This document shows positions 10,521-20,700 of a stretch of 64,000 bases of DNA, in pieces. The stretch lies in the NCBI GenBank assembly GCA_964270895.1, contig OZ185448.1, one strand, 5' to 3'. Made by a program: the position numbers and the translations under genes. Numbering within the stretch: position 1 is the first letter of the stretch; every line of letters starts with the position of its first letter. Below the pieces are notes generated by a model. That model did no database searches, was not told the origin of the DNA, and saw only the letters and a program-made list of their open reading frames with translations. The DNA is from Podarcis filfolensis. Its lineage: Eukaryota.

Positions 10521-12290
10521 TGCTGGCATATGCACCACTGGAGAGGAGGGTAAATACCTGTTGCCCCACACCTTTTGCCAGAGGGAGACGACTTGGGACA
10601 GGTACAAATAGCATATGTCCACCAGTGCAATTTCAGTCAAAGTGGCAGCTATTCTGAAGAAAATAAAAAGACACCAGGTGATTGGATTATACACCTCCCA
10701 TTTACCATCTTTGTTGTAAAACAAGGAAGCAAAGGAAGGGACAGCAATAGAACTTGCAGGACCAAGGACAGTTCCCAACAGCAAAGAACTTGCTCCAAAT
10801 GGTTTCAAGAGCTAAGTACTCCTGATTTTCCATCTCCCAATCTTATTGCTTTTCTCAGTCTTTTAGACAGTCCATATCTATATAGTATCTTTACTGCTAT
10901 ATCCTAGTTTGTTATTAACCAATAAATTATGTTCTGTATCAGGGCACCCAGCTCCTCTGGATGGGTGACCATGGGGCCTCTGGTGTTCCCTTGTGATCAG
11001 TGTCTGATCAGTGCATCAGACCAAAGACAAGACAGGGGCCTCCAGTTATAGATTATCTATCTGGTATTGATCCAGGATTAAATCCCTGTTCAGGGAGCTG
11101 GAGTACAGCATCATATGAAGGGGCAGAGGTTGTCCACCTCTGGTGGTATGAGGAGTCTCAAACTTGGCCTGAGCTCCTTAGAGAAAAAGAGGAGAGGAAG
11201 GAAATAATGTGAAATAAGTAAAAATCCACAAATGTCCATATATCTCTATCTCTCTCTATCTATTTGACAGTCACAGTTCAAGAATCTCCATTCCTGCAGT
11301 GTGTAAGTTACTAACTGGAATACACTGAGGCTAGACCAATTAAGGCTGTGCTCATGTGGACATTTACCTGCACACAGGTTCCACTGATTTTAGTGGGTTT
11401 CAAAGTAAACATGCCTTTTATCAGGCTGTATTTATTCAACAAATCTCTTTCTCTTACCCAACAAAACTCCTTAGTGAGCAAACAAAATGTGATTGAACTG
11501 GAATTCAGCAGCAATTGAATACGAGCCTAACTATATTTCTTCCAAAATCTAACTGCTTCAATTTTAATTGGAAAAACAAATGCTTTTTCTTCAAAGTAAT
11601 TATTTATGGAGGCAATGTACAAAGACCAGTATTTCCTGTTTTACCTATCATGCAGGACCTGGTTCCAGAGCCATCTCTTTCTCTTCCAGGAGTAAATGGC
11701 ATCATAGAGAATTAATGCTTAGAAGGAAGGCAGTTCCTGCCCAGCTCTGCCTCTTTTAGTTTTGGAATACCAGCATTTATTGCAGGAGAAACCAACTATA
11801 GAACAAAAATGTCATCTCTTAACAGGTAAAGAACATTCTATTTATTTTAAGAAACAGACTAACTTTTCTTCTTTCTCCTTCAGGTGTTTTGTTTAAAGGG
11901 AACAGGCTGCAAACTGGTCTCCGGAGCAGGGTGGGCAAGGCTTCTTCCTAGGATGCAAAACACATCTCTGATGACAAAACCAGACATAGCCCTTCTCCTC
12001 CCCGTGTAGCACCTCAGCACTTTAAAATGTGACACAGTAGGGAGGGGCAATCATCTGGTCCCTCTGGCTCAGAAACAGGCAACTACGTAGGAAGAGCCTT
12101 GCTGCTGGATGAGGCCAAAGGCCCACCTAATCCAACATCCTGTTTTCACAATAACCGACCAGTTGCCCCAATGGGAAGCCCACAAGCAGAACTTGAGGGA
12201 AACAGGATTCTCCTCACTTGTAATTCCCAGCAATTGGTATCAAAAATCATATAGAAGAGCATTACAAAGCATAAAAAATAATAAGTCTTG

Positions 12291-12424
12291 CTGAAGATGA
12301 ATCAGCATGGCTTCTCCATGCACACGAAAGCTTATACCCAGAACAAACTTAGTTGGTCTCTAATTTTTTTATTTTATATATATATTTTGACTGCGTCAGA
12401 CCAACATGGCTACCTACCTGAATC
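12291..12424 (+). mobile_element. Penelope-like element terminal remnant
   Basis: catgcacacgaaagcttatacccagaacaaacttagttggtctctaa...gactgcgtcagaccaacatggctacc resembles my recollection of reptile PLE termini. Confidence 0.65.
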
Positions 12425-12559
12425 ATTAACCTTTTAGAGTGTCAATAACTACATTTTTGTTTATGTTATTGACACTCTAACGGTGTTATCTGGTAGACAT
12501 TGTGTACTTGGAAGAAATGGGATTCCCCAGATATCTTTACTGGGACCTGTGCTATTTAA

Positions 12560-13200
12560 CTGGTTCATAAGTAATACGGAGTCAGGATGAACATTGAGGA
12601 AGTCAAGTATGCTGAGGACACCTAGTTATTCAGGATGTTAAAAACAAAACGGGATAGTAAAGAGCTCCAAATGGATATTTTCAATCTGGGGGAAGGGGCA
12701 TTAAATTTGCAACACTGGTTCAGTGTAATCAAATGTAAAATGATGCACATGGGTAAAAAATCCTATCTTTACATCTATATATTTTGGAAAGTTGACTGTT
12801 TGCTGTGCGTTTGGACACCTCTTAAGATATCATGACCAAATTGTTTGTTCCTGAGATGGAGGTTTTTGTCTATGTTTGGATACAACTGGATGCCATTTGG
12901 AATCAAGATTTAAATAGCACCAATTTGATGGGCATGGCTTGAGGAAAAAGGCCTTGTGACCAAAAGTAGAATCCCTGCCAGGTCTAATTTGGCCTGGAGG
13001 ATCAGAGGCTCCCCTGCCAGCTCTGTCATGTCCCATCTTTCCAAACTAAAACGTCCCAAATGTTGTAACCTTCTTCTTGCAGGGGAGTTGCTTCTGCCCC
13101 CCAAATTGTTGCTTGCCCCGTTGTGATCCTGTACCAGATCTACACCATCCTGTTCCAAATATCCCATGTGTGGAATTATGACCCCATAGAGAAGGGCTGG
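12560..13200. mobile_element. Old CR1 fragments (12560-12780 +; 13040-13200 -)
   Basis: Remnants of KYAEDT.LFR.VKTK.D.KELQ.D and KCKMMHMGKK. Confidence 0.55.
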
Positions 13201-13248
13201 AAGGAAACATGAAAGACTCAGCTCCACCTTTGTGGCAGGGGCATCCCT

Positions 13249-13405
13249 CATGGGTGTAGCCAGGGGGGTGCACCTGCCCTTCCCCAAATCAAGTAAATAA
13301 ATAAAAATACTTAACTAACTTACCGACAGCATCACAGATAACTCAGTTCTGCCCCCCCCCAATAATGCCTGCCTCCCTCCAAAATAAATCCTGGCTACGC
13401 CCGTG
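13249..13405. mobile_element. hAT-type MITE (157 bp)
   Basis: TIR CATGGGTGTAGCCAGG / CCTGGCTACGCCCGTG; 8-bp TSD GCATCCCT / GCACCCCT. Confidence 0.75.
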
Positions 13406-13619
13406 GCACCCCTCCTTCCTCTGTGGGTTCTGCTATGCCCTTGCACAAAGACAGTTCTAGGAGTGTGCCCTTGGTATCTCAGGTGTGCGGCCAGCCAGAT
13501 AATGCCAAGTGTCTTTCCATCAAAATCCCCCTTCGTCATCTGTGCCATCTTTGACAATCCACCTGGTGGAGCTGCATCTATTATATTATTATCGTTCCCT
13601 GTTCTAAAGGTGACCGGGC

Positions 13620-14780
13620 ACACGTGACCCTCGCTTTGGGGAGCTTGTGCACTGCTGCCTCCTGGCGTGCGCTGCTGGCGACCGGGCCTTCAGAGCCAGC
13701 TTGGACTCCCATCAGCGTCACCACCCGCGACCACAGACCATTCTCTTGCTTATTTATGTTCAGGCCTGGCATTGGAAGCGGGGAGGTGGAGCTTTCCGCG
13801 AGCCCCGCCCCCTCTCTGGCCTTGGCCGGGGCATGTGGCGCCGCGTTGTCACGGCAACCCCCGCGCAGCGCGGAACGCGTGGGGGCGGGGCCTGCAGCGT
13901 GGCCGGCCGGAGCCGCCGCGCGAACGCCCGAGGGGGCGGGGCAAGGCGTTCTTCTCGCGCGTGCGCTCGCTCCCCGCCTTTTTTTTTTTTTGCCTGTGCG
14001 CGCGCGCTCGCTCGTCTCTGTGTCTGTTGGGGGAGGATTCACAGCTCACGCGACCCCCCGTCCTCCCCTCCGAGAGGCCTCCTTCTCCGCCTGGCGCAGG
14101 ATGGACCCCGCGGGGAGCCCGCTGGACTTGGGCTTCTGCCCGTCGGCGCCCTGCCTGCTGGTTGAGGACTCGCAGCCGGAGCCGGACTCCGCCCAGGACG
14201 ACGGCGAGGAGCCGCAGGCCCTGCCCGGCCTGAAGAGGAGGCGGCAGCGACCAGGGGCGGAGGACGAGACGGATGGGCCGCGGGTCGTTCCGGGAGCGAA
14301 GGCGGCAGGAGGAGGCCCGGAGGAGCAGCAGGAGGAGGGCCGGGGCTGTGAGGGGGCTGAGCGGGGTCCCGCAGGGGGCTCTGGGCCCGCTCCCTTGCCG
14401 CCTCCGCTGCCGGCCTCCGACTCGCCCCGCGCCCTCCTCAGCCAGGTCTTGGAGCAGCTGCCGCCGCCGCTCGCCAGGAACACCAGGTGAGCACCGCCAT
14501 TCCTTCTCCGCGGGCGGGCTTTCGGCCTGCTTGACCCCTTTGAGACGTTGCTTGTCTCCCTTGCAGGGCGGCGGACGACCCCCGCGGCGGCGCTGCTGCT
14601 GCACCGGGCTCGCTCTGCGCGGAAGGTAAGGGGCCTCCTCCGCCTGCTGCTGGGGACGGCCCTTGGGGGCTGCCCCTTCGCCATTGCTGAGAATCCAGCC
14701 CCGTGGGGGGGGGCTGCACAGGCCGTCTCTGGAGGCTGTCCTTGAACGGTGGGTGGGGGGTCGGGGTCCCCTCGTGACTG
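13620..14780. promoter_or_regulatory. CpG island / proximal TP53BP1 promoter
   Basis: Dense CpG over the ATG exon. CACGTGAC at 13621, GC box at 13803, X-box-like GTTGTCACGGCAAC at 13845-13858. Confidence 0.8.
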
Positions 14781-17700
14781 TTCTGCAGCCCTCTTGGTTT
14801 CCCGAGTAACCTTGGCGGGGTGGGAGAGGGAGGGGTTGTTTGCCGGACCCATTTCCTCCCTTTGGATGCTGGAGCCCTTCCACATGTGCTGAGGAAGTTC
14901 TTATCTTCTGATGCTAGAATCAGGCATGTCGCAGCTGGGCTTCGGTGTTTTGGAGCTCTCCCAGAGCCAGAACCTTGAAGGAGACTCCACAGCTAGTGTG
15001 GTTAGTGATAAGGAGCAGCTGCAACCCAAAGTGGCCTTGGAAGAAGAGGAGCAGGAGGAGGATTCCAAAGGCGGTAGGTGAAGTGGGTCTTTAGCTGAGC
15101 AGCCCTTTTCTCTGGGATAGGAAAACTTCACTCCAACCCTTCTGCGAAACTACCCACACTGCCTCAAAAGGACTTTGGGCCCAAACAGAACCTTCTTTCT
15201 TTTAAATCATCCTTACTTGTTCATTCATTAATTTGAAGAACATTTTACCCAGTTTACAATGTAGATGGCAAAAGCTTCCAGAATGGTTTACAAAGCAAGT
15301 GGTCCCTTCCCTTGGGCATACAGTCTAAAAGACATGCACTGGGCAGCAGGGTGAGTGGGGGAAAGCAAGCTCAGGCACCAGGCTTTAAACATATTATTTT
15401 TACAACAAGCTGGGATAGAGACAGGCCAGTTACTTCCCCTTCCTGCTGTTCTGCAGCTGGATGGATTGGCTGCCTCTGGGTGGCAGATGGGAGCTTTACA
15501 GTTCTGTTCTCCTAGTACTTACCAATAAACTGAGTCTCTGGAGTAACAGTACTTTTGTATACAGTATCCCTGCAAGGCAATTGAGGGACTGTAGCTGCCA
15601 GCGGTAGAGCATGTAGTTTGCAGGCAGAAACAAGGGAGCCTGACTGAGCTTGAGCCCTGGGAAGCTGCTCTCAGAATAGACTGTCCCAGACTCGGGGGGG
15701 GGGGGGGGCAAAAAATCTGATCACATATCAGGCAGCTTCTTATGTTCCTAAATCTTTTGAAGATAGTAATGCTGCTTGGATTGCAGTTGGATGTGATGTT
15801 ATAAGTATCTTTTGGGTTGGCACTCACTGCTATCCTGTTGTCTTCTCCATTAGAGATTGTCTTCTAAACTAACATTGAGTTGTATACTCTGAATAGACCC
15901 ATTGAAATTAGTAGACATGAGTGATCTAGGTTCATTAATTTAAGTTAGGTGCAATCTTAGCTGTGTACATAATAAAATTACCAATAAAATACATATAAAA
16001 CTAGCAAAAAAACCAAAGCCCATAATAGATAATAGGTCATACAGGGAATGCCAGCAGCCCTGAATCCAGGCAGATTTTGACTTGGCACCTAGATCGAAAT
16101 CAGATTTAGTAATTCTCTGGAAAAGTCCTTAGAATGCAACATAGTGCAGTTGTGCTCTGGTATTTCAAGTGAAGCACCAATTCCTGATGCTTTTTCTGCT
16201 CTGCATGCAGATCCAGATGAAGTGACAAAGTCTGGGAGTGACTCTCCTGATAGGTAAATATCTGCTTTCACCTCTCATACTTATTGGCTAACTTGTTGCA
16301 TGGTTGAACCTTCAGGAAAGGGGGTATGGAGAGCTTGCCCTCTCTGTAGGGGGTGCAGTTTCTTTGCCCATTAAACCAGCTGTGAAGCACATGTGGTTCC
16401 ATGAAGTCCTTCTTGCTGTCACACATGTGCCGAACATTCCTGCTGCTGGTAGGAGAGAAGCTGCTACTACTTTTCTGCCTTGTTCTTTGTGAAGGAAAGA
16501 TATTTTCATTCCTGTTAGTTGGGATTCGGCTAAAAGTATCGGAGGTGCCTTGCTGTTGCCTCCTGGCCAAAAAGGAAAGAAAGAAGGGACAGACCTTCCC
16601 ATTGGGATTTTGCAGGAGGGGGTTGCACCAAGGTGCTGCTGGCACTTTTACTAAACCTCATTTGAATGAGAAAAAAAGTTCCTTGACTCTTTTCTCTTCT
16701 GCATAACCTAAAGAAATGGTGGAGTAGCTTATATCCACACCCACTGGGATTTTTCAGGCCCAACAGCAAAGTTCTGTTTGCACCTTTGGCAAAGCTCAGC
16801 ACAAAAGCAAACATTCCTCCACTCCCCAAGTTCTGTGCATGCTTTGTGTCCTGTTTTTAACCCCCAGGGAAGCTATCAGCTTGTTTGTGTGGCATTCTTT
16901 CAGCTTGTCGTATTGTTTTTCTCAAGATGTAGTCCACCCTGGGGCCTTACAGTGAAGAGCAGGCAACAAATATAAACAATGACACCCTGGGGAATATTGA
17001 TTACACTTATGTTCCCAGCAGCACCCCAAAAATTCTGCAGTTCCATAAAGAACCTGCAAGGAGTCCAACTTCTGCCTGCCATCCACTTGACAGAAGGCCA
17101 CAAGGGACGGATCCCTCTGGGTGGCATACACAGGATGCTGATGTCTTATCTACTCAGGAGGACATGTTTGGCCAGAGCAGCACAACAGGTGAAAACAGAC
17201 TGCATGCCTGTGCCGTGGCCCCTGCGACCCATGAGGGGGAAGCAGGTGCAGTTTGCTGAAGCTCTGCCTATCCTGATAGCAAAGGAAGGTTTTCTACTTG
17301 ATTACTATATAGATAGTGCTACATAGGTTCATGGGACCACATAGACAGCTTAGGGTATGTCTCCTATGCACGACACACAGTTGCTGTGGTAGGAATGGTA
17401 GGCAGTTGCTTTGTGGATGATGGGAATTCCAGTGGCACTGATAAAGTTGCCTTTTCAATGGATGTGTTTCTATGTCACCCTTTGCTGTTGCTGCATTTTG
17501 AAAATGTCTTAGTGTTTTGAATTCTTCAAATTTTGCCTCTTTTGTTTGTGCAGATGGTTTTGAATATGTAGTGGCACAGATAACCAGTGCTGAACAAGTT
17601 GTACAGGGTTGTCAGATTCTAGCATGGGCTGCTCAAAATGTAGCTCATCAGTTGCATTGCTGACTTGCGTGCAGCACCCTGAGAGTTCTAGTTTTCAGGC

Positions 17701-20700
17701 AAATATGCAAAATCATTCTTTGGTGACAGCATTAAAACCTGCCAGCTGCCACTGTGGCTGAAGGACATACATACCATTTGCCCTTCCAACAGTGGACAAT
17801 CAGGTGCCCAGGAATAAATTTCTCTAGATTTAGAGATAACAGCTCTCTGGGAAAATCTCAACCGATCATCAATATTTGATGGTGTTGCTGAGGAATGTAA
17901 ATCATTTTCCATCCATGTTGGGTTTACTTAAATTTACAGTCATATTTTTGCACACCACAAATTGTGGGTGGTCTTCTGCAATTTTGAGTAGTTGCAACAA
18001 GGAATTAAAATTGACTCTGATATAGGGAAAAGATCAGTGCAGCTGGGAAACAGATTTTCAAGGCAGTGTCCACTGGGTTGCTTGACAAAACTGCTAAATG
18101 GTTTTGTTAACTTTAATTGCCCTTGTTCCAGATGGTGACAGTGCTGTGTCCAGAGTGGAAGCAGCAAATTCTCCAGTGTGCACTCCTGCCGATTCTCTGC
18201 ATGTCCTTCATCTCTCTGGACAGGGACCTCTTTCCATGTAAGTAACAAGCCTGCTCAGGTTGCTTTTGTTACCTGTTTCCCTGAATAATTGCTTCTAGGA
18301 AGCTGCCTTACACTGAGTCAGGTCCCTTATACTGAGTCAGGTCCATCTAGCTCAGTATTGCTCACACTGACTGGCAGCAGCTTTCTAGGATTTCAGATGG
18401 GGGGGGGGCATTCCCAGCCCTGCTTGGAAATGCAACCCGGAATTGAACCTTGGGCCTTCCTCATATGAAGAAGGTGCTCTACCACTATGACCTTTTTCCT
18501 TCTCAGCTATTTGATGATCCACTTGTTACTTTCTTGCCAATTCAGTAATTGAGTCAGTTGCGCAGTTGGTTATCCCTGCATTGATTGGCTCTTATGCTTT
18601 CATTGATAGTCTCTTAATTGTGTCCACCTTTCAAAGTAACTGTGCTTTCTTTGCCTCTACTCCTCCTGCGCTCGTTGGTCTTTGTTGCCTTCCTTTTTCT
18701 CCTTTCTGTTCCCTGATGAGACACACAACTGAGTGCTGTTTGTGTTTCATGTTCCGTGGGAGGTACAAATGTGGTCTGTGCCTGGGAGCTGAGCCTTGGC
18801 TTTGGCCTTCAGATCTCCGGAATAGATTAGCTCATTTGCTTTTTTCTTGTGACCTTGCATATGCAGACAGTGAGGCAACTGAGTGTTCTCTTTTTCTCTG
18901 TAGTTGTGCTTCAGGCCTTCCTACGCCATCTCCTGGTATCTCACATTCTGTACCCCTCATCATTCCAAGAAGCCCAACAGAACAGGGAACAGAAGGTATG
19001 TCAACTCTTTCTGCTGGAGGCCTCGGTAGCCCATGGCCCAAGCTATGGTGTTCAAAAAGACAGCTTAGTAATGGTGACCCTGGTTTCTTTTCTTTTATTT
19101 CTGAGCGAATGTGGAGCCCCCTCCTCTTTTTGAGCACTGAAAGAGGGGTGCAGAGGGCCAGTTGGTGCCCTTCAGCTTTTTTGGCAGTGAGGTGTTCTGC
19201 TCCAGCAGCAGGAACAAGGCTGTCCTCCTCTGCTAAGACAATAATGTTAATTTATCCACATCTTCTGTTGCAGCAGTAGCAGCAGCAGGAGGAGGAGGAG
19301 GGAAGCAAGAAGAAGAGCCAAAGGAGACTCGGACTCCAGGGCTTCCTCAGTCCTCTACACCTGTTGCTCAAGATGTGCCAGCTTTTACTCCATCATTCAC
19401 TCCCATACCATCACAACCAGAGTTCTCCCATGTGAGTGGTCAGAAGGTGCCCAGCACTGAGACTGGTCTTCTCTGTGCTGTGTTCATCCTTAGCAGAAGT
19501 AGGGAGGCCCCCACGCCTCTTGCCCTACAGTTTGACAATCCTTTCCTTCACTTGTGCCTTTTTGTCATAGGAGGATTTTCGAGACATTCACAAAGCGTTA
19601 GCCTGGCTTTGTGTATAGAAGGGCAAATCTCCTGGCCACCATGTTGGTTGTGGAAAACAGGAAGCAATACTTTATGAAGCATCTTGCTTTGTGATTGCCC
19701 TGCTGGTGTGTCTTGGTTGCAGTGTCAAGAATTACTTCTGGTTCTCTTGAGAGCTGGCCTGGTTGCAGAATCTCAGGTGTGGAGCTGTCATATGCCAATC
19801 TGTTTGTGTTTCCCCCTGTTTTAGGACACTTTCCTCCCAACTCCAAGCTTAGAGAAAGGGCCTGAGGCACAGACAGAGAAAGGAGATGATTGTGGTATCA
19901 GTTTGCCAGCAGACAGCTCTGAAGTCCCTGAGGCATCTGCATCTGTTGTGGAGGGCCCCTTGTCATGGCCCTCGGGTGAGGCCTGCCTATTGGCGCTGTC
20001 TGCTAGTGAGTGCAGCCAGTCCATTGAGGCTGTGCAGCCTGAGGAAACAGCCATGGAAGCTCATGGTCCTCCAGTGGAGAAGCTTGGCTTGGATGGTAGA
20101 TGTAGCGAGCAGCAGCGGTTTAATGAGGACAGCCATGCCTCAACTGGGCAGCCTGCAGGAAGAGGTTCCACTGCCCAAGTTGGAGATGACCTTGGAAGTC
20201 AGGGCCACCTCTTGTGCCAGGGGTCTCAGGAGCCAGAATGTGAAGCTGTCCCAGAAATGCCTGGTGAAGTGCAAGAAGAAGCTGAGCTGCTGAGAGACGA
20301 AAGGTCTTGCCTTCACTCGACTCACTCTCAGGAAGAAAAGGTGGACCAGCATGTGGAACCTGCTGCAGCCAGAGAAGACTCTGAGAATGTGCTCCAGGCA
20401 GCTGGAGAGCCTGCACACCCAGATCCAGGAAACTTAAAAGAAGACCCCTTGGAAGACTCCAAGGAGGAGGCTTCCCTGAGGATCGGCCCTGGGGTGACAC
20501 TGAAGCTCTCTGACTCCCAACCAGAGCTGGAGGGAAGCAGGTCCCAGGGGAGGTCCAGTGTTGCCCCTGGAGTGGGGCTGCCTGCTGCCATCTCTCCAGG
20601 CAGAAGCAACTTGGGAAGTGTGCTGGAGGAGGAGGAGAGCTTGCCGCTGCTGCCCCCCCAGGGGGAAGGGAGCGGTGTGCCAACAACAGCCAAGGAGGAT

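Noticed and set aside
13624-14100. In-frame N-terminal extension of 53BP1 upstream of MDPAG
   Set aside because: Runs through promoter motifs and a poly-T/poly-Phe stretch; no similarity to known 53BP1.
13849-14885. 344-aa and 279-aa antisense ORFs over TP53BP1 exon 1
   Set aside because: Shadow ORFs of GC-rich coding and island sequence.
18566-19279. 237-aa ORF spanning a TP53BP1 exon and both flanking introns
   Set aside because: Only the 92-nt exon is homologous; retaining the 278-nt intron frameshifts.
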